A stretch of DNA of 64,000 nucleotides, taken from Eledone cirrhosa. Taxonomy: Eukaryota. Position 1 is the stretch's first letter. Each line of letters begins with the position of its first letter. A program made the translations under genes and the position numbers. A model generated the notes under the pieces. The model searched no databases, was not told where the DNA came from, and was given only the letters and a program-made list of their open reading frames with translations. Shown piece by piece: positions 38,227-52,948 of the stretch. Where the stretch lies: contig OZ024743.1 of the NCBI GenBank assembly GCA_964016885.1, positions 93,062,001 to 93,126,000 of the forward strand. Reading direction: 5' to 3'.

Positions 38227-38970
38227 TTTAATTTTTTTTTTTTTTTTTTTTTTCATTAATATCTTTACAGAGCTATTTATTTTTTTTAGTTCGGTGACCG
38301 CTTAGGAAACCGAGCTGCTCTATACATTTCCATTTTTCTTTCTTTTGCAAGCATCTCTCGCCAATGTCTGTTAGTTTCAAAATAATTAGGCACGCAAACT
38401 TTTTCCTTTCTTTCAACCCTACCCTTCGCATACACACCACTGCAAACGTCTTAAAAGCTACCGACTGCAAAATCAGAGTTTCTTGATAATTTCAGATATT
38501 TCAAACTTTTATTCCGTTCGCCTTCCGAAGTAGTGAGCCTGCTATATACTCTAGAAAATATTTATTGAACAGAGATTTGGCTGCTTTTTCTAGCAGGTAA
38601 AATTAGCACATTTCTTTAGAGCCGTTCGAATCGAACATTATCCACATCTGTAATAATTAATTCGGAATGGGTATCGTAGCTAGTTATTTGGCCAAGTTAT
38701 ATAAACAAAAAGACAACATAAGTTTTAAAGACAGCGATATCGACAGCTATGCGACACTCTCGTAGTTAATAACGTGTGTTAATTTAAAAGTTAGATGAGA
38801 TTTATGTAAAATTTTATTAAGCAACCTAAATTGCTTGAAAATACTGTGTTATACGGTTGAAAGTAAGAAAAATGTTTAATAGAAAATTAAAATATAAAAA
38901 TTATCGTAAAAGAAAGGTGTTTAGTGAGTTGTTTTATACAATAAAACTATTAAATTCAGTATAAGCTTTC

Positions 38971-39089
38971 GTTTACGGCCATATCACGCTGACAACACCG
39001 GTTCTCGTCCGATCACCGAAGTTAAGCAACGTCGAGCCTAGTTAGTACTTGGATGGGTGACCGCCTGGGAACCCTAGGTGCCGTAAGCG
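38971..39089 (+). rRNA. 5S rRNA: 5S rRNA copy 45
   Basis: Matches array consensus. Confidence 0.97.
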
Positions 39090-39838
39090 TTTAATTTTTT
39101 TTTTTTTTCATTAATATCTTTACAGAGCTATTTATTTTTTTAGTTCGGTGACCGCTTAGGAAACCGAGCTGCTCTATACATTTCCATTTTTCTTTCTTTT
39201 AGTTTCTTTCTTTTGCAAGCTTCTCTCGCCAATGTCTGTTAGTTTCAAAATAATTAGGCACGCAAACTTTTTCCTTTCTTTCAACCCTACCCTTCGCATA
39301 CACACCACTGCAAACGTCTTAAAAGCTACCGACTGCAAAAACAGAGTTTCTTGATAATTTCAGATATTTCAAACTTTTATTCCGTTCGCCTTCCGAAGTA
39401 GTGAGCCTGCTATATACTCTAGAAAATATTTATTGAACAGAGATTTGGCTGCTTTTTCTAGCAGGTAAAATTAGCACATTTCTTTAGAGCCGTTCGAATC
39501 GAACATTATCCACATCTGTAATAATTAATTCGGAATGGGTATCGTAGCTAGTTATTTGGCCAAGTTATATAAACAAAAAGACAACATAAGTTTTAAAGAC
39601 AGCGATATCGACAGCTATGCGACACTCTCGTAGTTAATAACGTGTGTTAATTTAAAAGTTAGATGAGATTTATGTAAAATTTTATTAAGCAACCTAAATT
39701 GCTTGAAAATACTGTGTTATACGGTTGAAAGTAAGAAAAATGTTTAATAGAAAATTAAAATATAAAAATTATCGTAAAAGAAAGGTGTTTAGTGAGTTGT
39801 TTTATACAATAAAACTATTAAATTCAGCATAAGCTTTC

Positions 39839-39957
39839 GTTTACGGCCATATCACGCTGACAACACCGGTTCTCGTCCGATCACCGAAGTTAAGCAACGT
39901 CGAGCCTAGTTAGTACTTGGATGGGTGACCGCCTGGGAACCCTAGGTGCCGTAAGCG
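39839..39957 (+). rRNA. 5S rRNA: 5S rRNA copy 46
   Basis: Matches array consensus. Confidence 0.97.
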
Positions 39958-40700
39958 TTTAATTTTTTTTTTTTTTTTTTTTTCATTAATATCTTTAAAG
40001 AGCTATTTATTTTTTTTAGTTCGGTGACCGCTTAGGAAACCGAGCTGCTCTATACATTTCCATTTTTCTTTCTTTTGCAAGCTTCTCTCGCCAATGTCTG
40101 TTAGTTTCAAAATAATTAGGCACGCAAACTTTTTCCTTTCTTTCAACCCTACCCTTCGCATACACACCACTGCAAACGTCTTAAAAGCTACCGACTGCAA
40201 AATCAGAGTTTCTTGATAATTTCAGATATTTCAAACTTTTATTCCGTTCGCCTTCCGAAGTAGTGAGCCTGCTATATACTCTAGAAAATATTTATTGAAC
40301 AGAGATTTGGCTGCTTTTTCTAGCAGGTAAAATTAGCACATTTCTTTAGAGCCGTTCGAATCGAACATTATCCACATCTGTAATAATTAATTCGGAATGG
40401 GTATCGTAGCTAGTTTTTTGGCCAAGTTATATAAACAAAAAGACAACATAAGTTTTAAAGACAGCGATATCGACAGCTATGCGACACTCTCGTAGTTAAT
40501 AACGTGTGTTAATTTAAAAGTTAGATGAGATTTATGTAAAATTTTATTAAGCAACCTAAATTGCTTGAAAATACTGTGTTATACGGTTGAAAGTAAGAAA
40601 AATGTTTAATAGAAAATTAAAATATAAAAATTATCGTAAAAGAAAGGTGTTTAGTGAGTTGTTTTATACAATAAAACTATTAAATTCAGCATAAGCTTTC

Positions 40701-40819
40701 GTTTACGGCCATATCACGCTGACAACACCGGTTCTCGTCCGATCACCGAAGTTAAGCAACGTCGAGCCTAGTTAGTACTTGGATGGGTGACCGCCTGGGA
40801 ACCCTAGGTGCCGTAAGCG
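40701..40819 (+). rRNA. 5S rRNA: 5S rRNA copy 47
   Basis: Matches array consensus; T13 terminator. Confidence 0.97.
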
Positions 40820-41554
40820 TTTAATTTTTTTTTTTTTCATTAATATCTTTACAGAGCTATTTATTTTTTTTAGTTCGGTGACCGCTTAGGAAACCGAGCT
40901 GCTCTATACATTTCCATTTTTCTTTCTTTTGCAAGCTTCTCTCGCCAATGTCTGTTAGTTTCAAAATAATTAGGCACGCAAACTTTTTCCTTTCTTTCAA
41001 CCCTACCCTTCGCATACACACCACTGCAAACGTCTTAAAAGCTACCGACTGCAAAAACAGAGTTTCTTGATAATTTCAGATATTTCAAACTTTTATTCCG
41101 TTCGCCTTCCGAAGTAGTGAGCCTGCTATATACTCTAGAAAATATTTATTGAACAGAGATTTGGCTGCTTTTTCTAGCAGGTAAAATTAGCACATTTCTT
41201 TAGAGCCGTTCGAATCGAACATTATCCACATCTGTAATTATTAATTCGGAATGGGTATCGTAGCTAGTTATTTGGCCAAGTTATATAAACAAAAAGACAA
41301 CATAAGTTTTAAAGACAGCGATATCGACAGCTATGCGACACTCTCGTAGTTAATAACGTGTGTTAATTTAAAAGTTAGATGAGATTTATGTAAAATTTTA
41401 TTAAGCAACCTAAATTGCTTGAAAATACTGTGTTATACGGTTGAAAGTAAGAAAAATGTTTAATAGAAAATTAAAATATAAAAATTATCGTAAAAGAAAG
41501 GTGTTTAGTGAGTTGTTTTATACAATAAAAGTATTAAATTCAGCATAAGCTTTC

Positions 41555-41673
41555 GTTTACGGCCATATCACGCTGACAACACCGGTTCTCGTCCGATCAC
41601 CGAAGTTAAGCAACGTCGAGCCTAGTTAGTACTTGGATGGGTGACCGCCTGGGAACCCTAGGTGCCGTAAGCG
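41555..41673 (+). rRNA. 5S rRNA: 5S rRNA copy 48
   Basis: Matches array consensus. Confidence 0.97.
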
Positions 41674-42417
41674 TTTAATTTTTTTTTTTTTTTTTTTTTT
41701 CATTAATATCTTTACAGAGCTATTTATTTTTTTTAGTTCGGTGACCGCTTAGGAAACCGAGCTGCTCTATACATTTCCATTTTTCTTTCTTTTGCAAGCT
41801 TCTCTCGCCAATGTCTGTTAGTTTCAAAATAATTAGGCACGCAAACTTTTTCCTTTCTTTCAACCCTACCCTTCGCATACACACCACTGCAAACGTCTTA
41901 AAAGCTACCGACTGCAAAATCAGAGTTTCTTGATAATTTCAGATATTTCAAACTTTTATTCCGTTCGCCTTCCGAAGTAGTGAGCCTGCTATATACTCTA
42001 GAAAATATTTATTGAACAGAGATTTGGCTGCTTTTTCTAGCAGGTAAAATTAGCACATTTCTTTAGAGCCGTTCGAATCGAACATTATCCACATCTGTAA
42101 TAATTAATTCGGAATGGGTATCGTAGCTAGTTATTTGGCCAAGTTATATAAACAAAAAGACAACATAAGTTTTAAAGACAGCGATATCGACAGCTATGCG
42201 ACACTCTCGTAGTTAATAACGTGTGTTAATTTAAAAGTTAGATGAGATTTATGTAAAATTTTATTAAGCAACCTAAATTGCTTGAAAATACTGTGTTATA
42301 CGGTTGAAAGTAAGAAAAATGTTTAATAGAAAATTAAAATATAAAAACTATCGTAAAAGAAAGGTGTTTAGTGAGTTGTTTTATACAATAAAACTATTAA
42401 ATTCAGTATAAGCTTTC

Positions 42418-42536
42418 GTTTACGGCCATATCACGCTGACAACACCGGTTCTCGTCCGATCACCGAAGTTAAGCAACGTCGAGCCTAGTTAGTACTTGGA
42501 TGGGTGACCGCCTGGGAACCCTAGGTGCCGTAAGCG
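42418..42536 (+). rRNA. 5S rRNA: 5S rRNA copy 49
   Basis: Matches array consensus. Confidence 0.97.
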
Positions 42537-43281
42537 TTTAATTTTTTTTTTTTTTTTTTTTTTTCATTAATATCTTTACAGAGCTATTTATTTTTTTTAG
42601 TTCGGTGACCGCTTAGGAAACCGAGCTGCTCTATACATTTCCATTTTTCTTTCTTTTGCAAGCTTCTCTCGCCAATGTCTGTTAGTTTCAAAATAATTAG
42701 GCACGCAAACTTTTTCCTTTCTTTCAACCCTACCCTTCGCATACACACCACTGCAAACGTCTTAAAAGCTACCGACTGCAAAATCAGAGTTTCTTGATAA
42801 TTTCAGATATTTCAAACTTTTATTCCGTTCGCCTTCTGAAGTAGTGAGCCTGCTATATACTCTAGAAAATATTTATTGAACAGAGATTTGGCTGCTTTTT
42901 CTAGCAGGTAAAATTAGCACATTTCTTTAGAGCCGTTCGAATCGAACATTATCCACATCTGTAATAATTAATTCGGAATGGGTATCGTAGCTAGTTATTT
43001 GGCCAAGTTATATAAACAAAAAGACAACATAAGTTTTAAAGACAGCGATATCGACAGCTATGCGACACTCTCGTAGTTAATAACGTGTGTTAATTTAAAA
43101 GTTAGATGAGATTTATGTAAAATTTTATTAAGCAACCTAAATTGCTTGAAAATACTGTGTTATACGGTTGAAAGTAAGAAAAATGTTTAATAGAAAATTA
43201 AAATATAAAAATTATCGTAAAAGAAAGGTGTTTAGTGAGTTGTTTTATACAATAAAACTATTAAATTCAGCATAAGCTTTC

Positions 43282-43400
43282 GTTTACGGCCATTTCACGC
43301 TGACAACACCGGTTCTCGTCCGATCACCGAAGTTAAGCAACGTCGAGCCTAGTTAGTACTTGGATGGGTGACCGCCTGGGAACCCTAGGTGCCGTAAGCG
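43282..43400 (+). rRNA. 5S rRNA: 5S rRNA copy 50 (A13T)
   Basis: Array 5S, 1 substitution. Confidence 0.95.
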
Positions 43401-44144
43401 TTTAATCTTTTTTTTTTTTTTTTTTTTCATTAATATCTTTACAGAGCTATTTATTTTTTTTAGTTCGGTGACCGCTTAGGAAACCGAGCTGCTCTATACA
43501 TTTCCATTTTTCTTTCTTTTGCAAGCTTCTCTCGCCAATGTCTGTTAGTTTCAAAATAATTAGGCACGCAAACTTTTTCCTTTCTTTCAACCCTACCCTT
43601 CGCATACACACCACTGCAAACGTCTTAAAAGCTACCGACTGCAAAATCAGAGTTTCTTGATAATTTCAGATATTTCAAACTTTTATTCCGTTCGCCTTCC
43701 GAAGTAGTGAGCCTGCTATATACTCTAGAAAATATTTATTGAACAGAGATTTGGCTGCTTTTTCTAGCAGGTAAAATTAGCACATTTCTTTAGAGCCGTT
43801 CGAATCGAACATTATCCACATCTGTAATAATTAATTCGGAATGGGTATCGTAGCTAGTTATTTGGCCAAGTTATATAAACAAAAAGACAACATAAGTTTT
43901 AAAGACAGCGATATCGACAGCTATGCGACACTCTCGTAGTTAATAACGTGTGTTAATTTAAAAGTTAGATGAGATTTATGTAAAATTTTATTAAGCAACC
44001 TAAATTGCTTGAAAATACTGTGTTATACGGTTGAAAGTAAGAAAAATGTTTAATAGAAAATTAAAATATAAAAACTATCGTAAAAGAAAGGTGTTTAGTG
44101 AGTTGTTTTATACAATAAAACTATTAAATTCAGTATAAGCTTTC

Positions 44145-44263
44145 GTTTACGGCCATATCACGCTGACAACACCGGTTCTCGTCCGATCACCGAAGTTAAG
44201 CAACGTCGAGCCTAGTTAGTACTTGGATGGGTGACCGCCTGGGAACCCTAGGTGCCGTAAGCG
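44145..44263 (+). rRNA. 5S rRNA: 5S rRNA copy 51
   Basis: Matches array consensus. Confidence 0.97.
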
Positions 44264-45009
44264 TTTAATTTTTTTTTTTTTTTTTTTTTTTTCATTAATA
44301 TCTTTACAGAGCTATTTATTTTTTTTAGTTCGGTGACCGCTTAGGAAACCGAGCTGCTCTATACATTTCCATTTTTCTTTCTTTTGCAAGCTTCTCTCGC
44401 CAATGTCTGTTAGTTTCAAAATAATTAGGCACGCAAACTTTTTCCTTTCTTTCAACCCTACCCTTCGCATACACACCACTGCAAACGTCTTAAAAGCTAC
44501 CGACTGCAAAATCAGAGTTTCTTGATAATTTCAGATATTTCAAACTTTTATTCCGTTCGCCTTCTGAAGTAGTGAGCCTGCTATATACTCTAGAAAATAT
44601 TTATTGAACAGAGATTTGGCTGCTTTTTCTAGCAGGTAAAATTAGCACATTTCTTTAGAGCCGTTCGAATCGAACATTATCCACATCTGTAATAATTAAT
44701 TCGGAATGGGTATCGTAGCTAGTTATTTGGCCAAGTTATATAAACAAAAAGACAACATAAGTTTTAAAGACAGCGATATCGACAGCTATGCGACACTCTC
44801 GTAGTTAATAACGTGTGTTAATTTAAAAGTTAGATGAGATTTATGTAAAATTTTATTAAGCAACCTAAATTGCTTGAAAATACTGTGTTATACGGTTGAA
44901 AGTAAGAAAAATGTTTAATAGAAAATTAAAATATAAAAATTATCGTAAAAGAAAGGTGTTTAGTGAGTTGTTTTATACAATAAAACTATTAAATTCAGCA
45001 TAAGCTTTC

Positions 45010-45128
45010 GTTTACGGCCATATCACGCTGACAACACCGGTTCTCGTCCGATCACCGAAGTTAAGCAACGTCGAGCCTAGTTAGTACTTGGATGGGTGAC
45101 CGCCTGGGAACCCTAGGTGCCGTAAGCG
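45010..45128 (+). rRNA. 5S rRNA: 5S rRNA copy 52
   Basis: Matches array consensus. Confidence 0.97.
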
Positions 45129-45885
45129 TTTAATTTTTTTTTTTTTTTTTTTTTCATTAATATCTTTACAGAGCTATTTATTTTTTTTAGTTCGGTGACC
45201 GCTTCGGAAACCGAGCTGCTCTATACATTTCCATTTTTCATTCTTTTAGTTTCTTTCTTTTGCAAGCTTCTCTCGCCAATGTATGTTAGTTTCAAAATAA
45301 TTAGGCACGCAAACTTTTTCCTTTCTTTCAACCCTACCCTTCGCATACACACCACTGCAAACGTCTTAAAAGCTACCGACTGCAAAATCAGAGTTTCTTG
45401 ATAATTTCAGATATTTCAAACTTTTATTCCGTTCGCCTTCCGAAGTAGTGAGCCTGCTATATACTCTAGAAAATATTTATTGAACAGAGATTTGGCTGCT
45501 TTTTCTAGCAGGTAAAATTAGCACATTTCTTTAGAGCCGTTCGAATCGAACATTATCCACATCTGTAATAATTAATTCGGAATGGGTATCGTAGCTATTT
45601 ATTTGGCCAAGTTATATAAACAAAAAGACAACATAAGTTTTAAAGACAGCGATATCGACAGCTATGCGACACTCTCGTAGTTAATAACGTGTGTTAATTT
45701 AAAAGTTAGATGAGATTTATGTAAAATTTTATTAAGCAACCTAAATTGCTTGAAAATACTGTGTTATACGGTTGAAAGTAAGAAAAATGTTTAATAGAAA
45801 ATTAAAATATAAAAATTATCGTAAAAGAAAGGTGTTTAGTGAGTTGTTTTATACAATAAAACTATTAAATTCAGCATAAGCTTTC

Positions 45886-46004
45886 GTTTACGGCCATATC
45901 ACGCTGACAACACCGGTTCTCGTCCGATCACAGAAGTTAAGCAACGTCGAGCCTAGTTAGTACTTGGATGGGTGACCGCCTGGGAACCCTAGGTGCCGTA
46001 AGCG
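45886..46004 (+). rRNA. 5S rRNA: 5S rRNA copy 53 (C47A)
   Basis: Array 5S, 1 substitution. Confidence 0.95.
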
Positions 46005-46748
46005 TTTAATTTTTTTTTTTTTTTTTTTTTTCATTAATATCTTTACAGAGCTATTTATTTTTTTTAGTTCGGTGACCGCTTAGGAAACCGAGCTGCTCTA
46101 TACATTTCCATTTTTCTTTCTTTTGCAAGCTTCTCTCGCCAATGTCTGTTAGTTTCAAAATAATTAGGCACGCAAACTTTTTCCTTTCTTTCAACCCTAC
46201 CCTTCGCATCCACACCACTGCAAACGTCTTAAAAGCTACCGACTGCAAAATCAGAGTTTCTTGATAATTTCAGATATTTCAAACATTTATTCCGTTCGCC
46301 TTCCGAAGTAGTGAGCCTGCTATATACTCTAGAAAATATTTATTGAACAGAGATTTGGCTGCTTTTTCTAGCAGGTAAAATTAGCACATTTCTTTAGAGC
46401 CGTTCGAATCGAACATTATCCACATCTGTAATAATTAATTCGGAATGGGTATCGTAGCTAGTTATTTGGCCAAGTTATATAAACAAAAAGACAACATAAG
46501 TTTTAAAGACAGCGATATCGACAGCTATGCGACACTCTCGTAGTTAATAACGTGTGTTAATTTAAAAGTTAGATGAGATTTATGTAAAATTTTATTAAGC
46601 AACCTAAATTGCTTGAAAATACTGTGTTATACGGTTGAAAGTAAGAAAAATGTTTAATAGAAAATTAGAATATAAAAATTATCGTAAAAGAAAGGTGTTT
46701 AGTGAGTTGTTTTATACAATAAAACTATTAAATTCAGTATAAGCTTTC

Positions 46749-46867
46749 GTTTACGGCCATATCACGCTGACAACACCGGTTCTCGTCCGATCACCGAAGT
46801 TAAGCAACGTCGAGCCTAGTTAGTACTTGGATGGGTGACCGCCTGGGAACCCTAGGTGCCGTAAGCG
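46749..46867 (+). rRNA. 5S rRNA: 5S rRNA copy 54
   Basis: Matches array consensus. Confidence 0.97.
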
Positions 46868-47623
46868 TTTAATTTTTTTTTTTTTTTTTTTCTCATTAAT
46901 ATCTTTACAGAGCTATTTATTTTTTTAGTTCGGTGACCGCTTAGGAAACCGAGCTGCTCTATACATTTCCATTTTTCTTTCTTTTAGTTTCTTTCTTTTG
47001 CAAGCTTCTCTCGCCAATGTCTGTTAGTTTCAAAATAATTAGGCACGCAAACTTTTTCCTTTCTTTCAACCCTACCCTTCGCATACACACCACTGCAAAC
47101 GTCTTAAAAGCTACCGACTGCAAAAACAGAGTTTCTTGATAATTTCAGATATTTCAAACTTTTATTCCGTTCGCCTTCCGAAGTAGTGAGCCTGCTATAT
47201 ACTCTAGAAAATATTTATTGAACAGAGATTTGGCTGCTTTTTCTAGCAGGTAAAATTAGCACATTTCTTTAGAGCCGTTCGAATCGAACATTATCCACAT
47301 CTGTAATAATTAATTCGGAATGGGTATCGTAGCTAGTTATTTGGCCAAGTTATATAAACAAAAAGACAACATAAGTTTTAAAGACAGCGATATCGACAGC
47401 TATGCGACACTCTCGTAGTTAATAACGTGTGTTAATTTAAAAGTTAGATGATATTTATGTAAAATTTTATTAAGCAACCTAAATTGCTTGAAAATACTGT
47501 GTTATACGGTTGAAAGTAAGAAAAATGTTTAATAGAAAATTAAAATATAAAAATTATCGTAAAAGAAAGGTGTTTAGTGAGTTGTTTTATACAATAAAAC
47601 TATTAAATTCAGTATAAGCTTTC

Positions 47624-47742
47624 GTTTACGGCCATATCACGCTGACAACACCGGTTCTCTTCCGATCACCGAAGTTAAGCAACGTCGAGCCTAGTTAGTA
47701 CTTGGATGGGTGACCGCCTGGGAACCCTAGGTGCCGTAAGCG
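47624..47742 (+). rRNA. 5S rRNA: 5S rRNA copy 55 (G37T)
   Basis: Array 5S, 1 substitution. Confidence 0.95.
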
Positions 47743-48482
47743 TTTAATTTTTTTTTTTTTTTTTTCATTAATATCTTTACAGAGCTATTTATTTTTTTTA
47801 GTTCGGTGACCGCTTAGGAAACCGAGCTGCTCTATACATTTCCATTTTTCTTTCTTTTGCAAGCTTCTCTCGCCAATGTCTGTTAGTTTCAAAATAATTA
47901 GGCACGCAAACTTTTTCCTTTCTTTCAACCCTACCCTTCGCATACACACCACTGCAAACGTCTTAAAAGCTACCGACTGCAAAATCAGAGTTTCTTGATA
48001 ATTTCAGATATTTCAAACTTTTATTCCGTTCGCCTTCTGAAGTAGTGAGCCTGCTATATACTCTAGAAAATATTTATTGAACAGAGATTTGGCTGCTTTT
48101 TCTAGCAGGTAAAATTAGCACATTTCTTTAGAGCCGTTCGAATCGAACATTATCCACATCTGTAATAATTAATTCGGAATGGGTATCGTAGCTAGTTATT
48201 TGGCCAAGTTATATAAACAAAAAGACAACATAAGTTTTAAAGACAGCGATATCGACAGCTATGCGACACTCTCGTAGTTAATAACGTGTGTTAATTTAAA
48301 AGTTAGATGAGATTTATGTAAAATTTTATTAAGCAACCTAAATTGCTTGAAAATACTGTGTTATACGGTTGAAAGTAAGAAAAATGTTTAATAGAAAATT
48401 AAAATATAAAAATTATCGTAAAAGAAAGGTGTTTAGTGAGTTGTTTTATACAATAAAACTATTAAATTCAGCATAAGCTTTC

Positions 48483-48601
48483 GTTTACGGCCATATCACG
48501 CTGACAACACCGGTTCTCGTCCGATCACCGAAGTTAAGCAACGTCGAGCCTAGTTAGTACTTGGATGGGTGACCGCCTGGGAACCCTAGGTGCCGTAAGC
48601 G
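48483..48601 (+). rRNA. 5S rRNA: 5S rRNA copy 56
   Basis: Matches array consensus. Confidence 0.97.
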
Positions 48602-49359
48602 TTTAATTTTTTTTTTTTTTTTTTTTTTCATTAATATCTTTACAGAGCTATTTATTTTTTTTAGTTCGGTGACCGCTTCGGAAACCGAGCTGCTCTATAC
48701 ATTTCCATTTTTCATTCTTTTAGTTTCTTTCTTTTGCAAGCTTCTCTCGCCAATGTATGTTAGTTTCAAAATAATTAGGCACGCAAACTTTTTCCTTTCT
48801 TTCAACCCTACCCTTCGCATACACACCACTGCAAACGTCTTAAAAGCTACCGACTGCAAAATCAGAGTTTCTTGATAATTTCAGATATTTCAAACTTTTA
48901 TTCCGTTCGCCTTCCGAAGTAGTGAGCCTGCTATATACTCTAGAAAATATTTATTGAACAGAGATTTGGCTGCTTTTTCTAGCAGGTAAAATTAGCACAT
49001 TTCTTTAGAGCCGTTCGAATCGAACATTATCCACATCTGTAATAATTAATTCGGAATGGGTATCGTAGCTATTTATTTGGCCAAGTTATATAAACAAAAA
49101 GACAACATAAGTTTTAAAGACAGCGATATCGACAGCTATGCGACACTCTCGTAGTTAATAACGTGTGTTAATTTAAAAGTTAGATGAGATTTATGTAAAA
49201 TTTTATTAAGCAACCTAAATTGCTTGAAAATACTGTGTTATACGGTTGAAAGTAAGAAAAATGTTTAATAGAAAATTAGAATATAAAAATTATCGTAAAA
49301 GAAAGGTGTTTAGTGAGTTGTTTTATACAATAAAACTATTAAATTCAGTATAAGCTTTC

Positions 49360-49478
49360 GTTTACGGCCATATCACGCTGACAACACCGGTTCTCGTCCG
49401 ATCACCGAAGTTAAGCAACGTCGAGCCTAGTTAGTACTTGGATGGGTGACCGCCTGGGAACCCTAGGTGCCGTAAGCG
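49360..49478 (+). rRNA. 5S rRNA: 5S rRNA copy 57
   Basis: Matches array consensus. Confidence 0.97.
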
Positions 49479-50234
49479 TTTAATTTTTTTTTTTTTTTTT
49501 TTTTCATTAATATCTTTACAGAGCTATTTATTTTTTTAGTTCGGTGACCGCTTAGGAAACCGAGCTGCTCTATACATTTCCATTTTTCTTTCTTTTAGTT
49601 TCTTTCTTTTGCAAGCTTCTCTCGCCAATGTCTGTTAGTTTCAAAATAATTAGGCACGCAAACTTTTTCCTTTCTTTCAACCCTACCCTTCGCATACACA
49701 CCACTGCAAACGTCTTAAAAGCTACCGACTGCAAAAACAGAGTTTCTTGATAATTTCAGATATTTCAAACTTTTATTCCGTTCGCCTTCCGAAGTAGTGA
49801 GCCTGCTATATACTCTAGAAAATATTTATTGAACAGAGATTTGGCTGCTTTTTCTAGCAGGTAAAATTAGCACATTTCTTTAGAGCCGTTCGAATCGAAC
49901 ATTATCCACATCTGTAATAATTAATTCGGAATGGGTATCGTAGCTAGTTATTTGGCCAAGTTATATAAACAAAAAGACAACATAAGTTTTAAAGACAGCG
50001 ATATCGACAGCTATGCGACACTCTCGTAGTTAATAACGTGTGTTAATTTAAAAGTTAGATGATATTTATGTAAAATTTTATTAAGCAACCTAAATTGCTT
50101 GAAGATACTGTGTTATACGGTTGAAAGTAAGAAAAATGTTTAATAGAAAATTAAAATATAAAAATTATCGTAAAAGAAAGGTGTTTAGTGAGTTGTTTTA
50201 TACAATAAAACTATTAAATTCAGTATAAGCTTTC

Positions 50235-50353
50235 GTTTACGGCCATATCACGCTGACAACACCGGTTCTCGTCCGATCACCGAAGTTAAGCAACGTCGAG
50301 CCTAGTTAGTACTTGGATGGGTGACCGCCTGGGAACCCTAGGTGCCGTAAGCG
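50235..50353 (+). rRNA. 5S rRNA: 5S rRNA copy 58
   Basis: Matches array consensus. Confidence 0.97.
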
Positions 50354-51093
50354 TTTAATTTTTTTTTTTTTTTTTTCATTAATATCTTTACAGAGCTATT
50401 TATTTTTTTTAGTTCGGTGACCGCTTAGGAAACCGAGCTGCTCTATACATTTCCATTTTTCTTTCTTTTGCAAGCTTCTCTCGCCAATGTCTGTTAGTTT
50501 CAAAATAATTAGGCACGCAAACTTTTTCCTTTCTTTCAACCCTACCCTTCGCATACACACCACTGCAAACGTCTTAAAAGCTACCGACTGCAAAATCAGA
50601 GTTTCTTGATAATTTCAGATATTTCAAACTTTTATTCCGTTCGCCTTCTGAAGTAGTGAGCCTGCTATATACTCTAGAAAATATTTATTGAACAGAGATT
50701 TGGCTGCTTTTTCTAGCAGGTAAAATTAGCACATTTCTTTAGAGCCGTTCGAATCGAACATTATCCACATCTGTAATAATTAATTCGGAATGGGTATCGT
50801 AGCTAGTTATTTGGCCAAGTTATATAAACAAAAAGACAACATAAGTTTTAAAGACAGCGATATCGACAGCTATGCGACACTCTCGTAGTTAATAACGTGT
50901 GTTAATTTAAAAGTTAGATGAGATTTATGTAAAATTTTATTAAGCAACCTAAATTGCTTGAAAATACTGTGTTATACGGTTGAAAGTAAGAAAAATGTTT
51001 AATAGAAAATTAAAATATAAAAATTATCGTAAAAGAAAGGTGTTTAGTGAGTTGTTTTATACAATAAAACTATTAAATTCAGCATAAGCTTTC

Positions 51094-51212
51094 GTTTACG
51101 GCCATATCACGCTGACAACACCGGTTCTCGTCCGATCACCGAAGTTAAGCAACGTCGAGCCTAGTTAGTACTTGGATGGGTGACCGCCTGGGAACCCTAG
51201 GTGCCGTAAGCG
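51094..51212 (+). rRNA. 5S rRNA: 5S rRNA copy 59
   Basis: Matches array consensus. Confidence 0.97.
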
Positions 51213-51970
51213 TTTAATTTTTTTTTTTTTTTTTTTTTTCATTAATATCTTTACAGAGCTATTTATTTTTTTTAGTTCGGTGACCGCTTCGGAAACCGAG
51301 CTGCTCTATACATTTCCATTTTTCATTCTTTTAGTTTCTTTCTTTTGCAAGCTTCTCTCGCCAATGTATGTTAGTTTCAAAATAATTAGGCACGCAAACT
51401 TTTTCCTTTCTTTCAACCCTACCCTTCGCATACACACCACTGCAAACGTCTTAAAAGCTACCGACTGCAAAATCAGAGTTTCTTGATAATTTCAGATATT
51501 TCAAACTTTTATTCCGTTCGCCTTCCGAAGTAGTGAGCCTGCTATATACTCTAGAAAATATTTATTGAACAGAGATTTGGCTGCTTTTTCTAGCAGGTAA
51601 AATTAGCACATTTCTTTAGAGCCGTTCGAATCGAACATTATCCACATCTGTAATAATTAATTCGGAATGGGTATCGTAGCTATTTATTTGGCCAAGTTAT
51701 ATAAACAAAAAGACAACATAAGTTTTAAAGACAGCGATATCGACAGCTATGCGACACTCTCGTAGTTAATAACGTGTGTTAATTTAAAAGTTAGATGAGA
51801 TTTATGTAAAATTTTATTAAGCAACCTAAATTGCTTGAAAATACTGTGTTATACGGTTGAAAGTAAGAAAAATGTTTAATAGAAAATTAAAATATAAAAA
51901 TTATCGTAAAAGAAAGGTGTTTAGTGAGTTGTTTTATACAATAAAACTATTAAATTCAGCATAAGCTTTC

Positions 51971-52089
51971 GTTTACGGCCATATCACGCTGACAACACCG
52001 GTTCTCGTCCGATCACCGAAGTTAAGCAACGTCGAGCCTAGTTAGTACTTGGATGGGTGACCGCCTGGGAACCCTAGGTGCCGTAAGCG
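51971..52089 (+). rRNA. 5S rRNA: 5S rRNA copy 60
   Basis: Matches array consensus. Confidence 0.97.
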
Positions 52090-52829
52090 TTTAATTTTTT
52101 TTTTTTTTTTTTCATTAATATCTTTACAGAGCTATTTATTTTTTTTAGTTCGGTGACCGCTTAGGAAACCGAGCTGCTCTATACATTTCCATTTTTCTTT
52201 CTTTTGCAAGCTTCTCTCGCCAATGTCTGTTAGTTTCAAAATAATTAGGCACGCAAACTTTTTCCTTTCTTTCAACCCTACCCTTCGCATACACACCACT
52301 GCAAACGTCTTAAAAGCTACCGACTGCAAAATCAGAGTTTCTTGATAATTTCAGATATTTCAAACTTTTATTCCGTTCGCCTTCTGAAGTAGTGAGCCTG
52401 CTATATACTCTAGAAAATATTTATTGAACAGAGATTTGGCTGCTTTTTCTAGCAGGTAAAATTAGCACATTTCTTTAGAGCCGTTCGAATCGAACATTAT
52501 CCACATCTGTAATAATTAATTCGGAATGGGTATCGTAGCTAGTTATTTGGCCAAGTTATATAAACAAAAAGACAACATAAGTTTTAAAGACAGCGATATC
52601 GACAGCTATGCGACACTCTCGTAGTTAATAACGTGTGTTAATTTAAAAGTTAGATGAGATTTATGTAAAATTTTATTAAGCAACCTAAATTGCTTGAAAA
52701 TACTGTGTTATACGGTTGAAAGTAAGAAAAATGTTTAATAGAAAATTAAAATATAAAAATTATCGTAAAAGAAAGGTGTTTAGTGAGTTGTTTTATACAA
52801 TAAAACTATTAAATTCAGCATAAGCTTTC

Positions 52830-52948
52830 GTTTACGGCCATATCAGGCTGACAACACCGGTTCTCGTCCGATCACCGAAGTTAAGCAACGTCGAGCCTAG
52901 TTAGTACTTGGATGGGTGACCGCCTGGGAACCCTAGGTGCCGTAAGCG
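52830..52948 (+). rRNA. 5S rRNA: 5S rRNA copy 61 (C17G)
   Basis: Array 5S, 1 substitution. Confidence 0.95.
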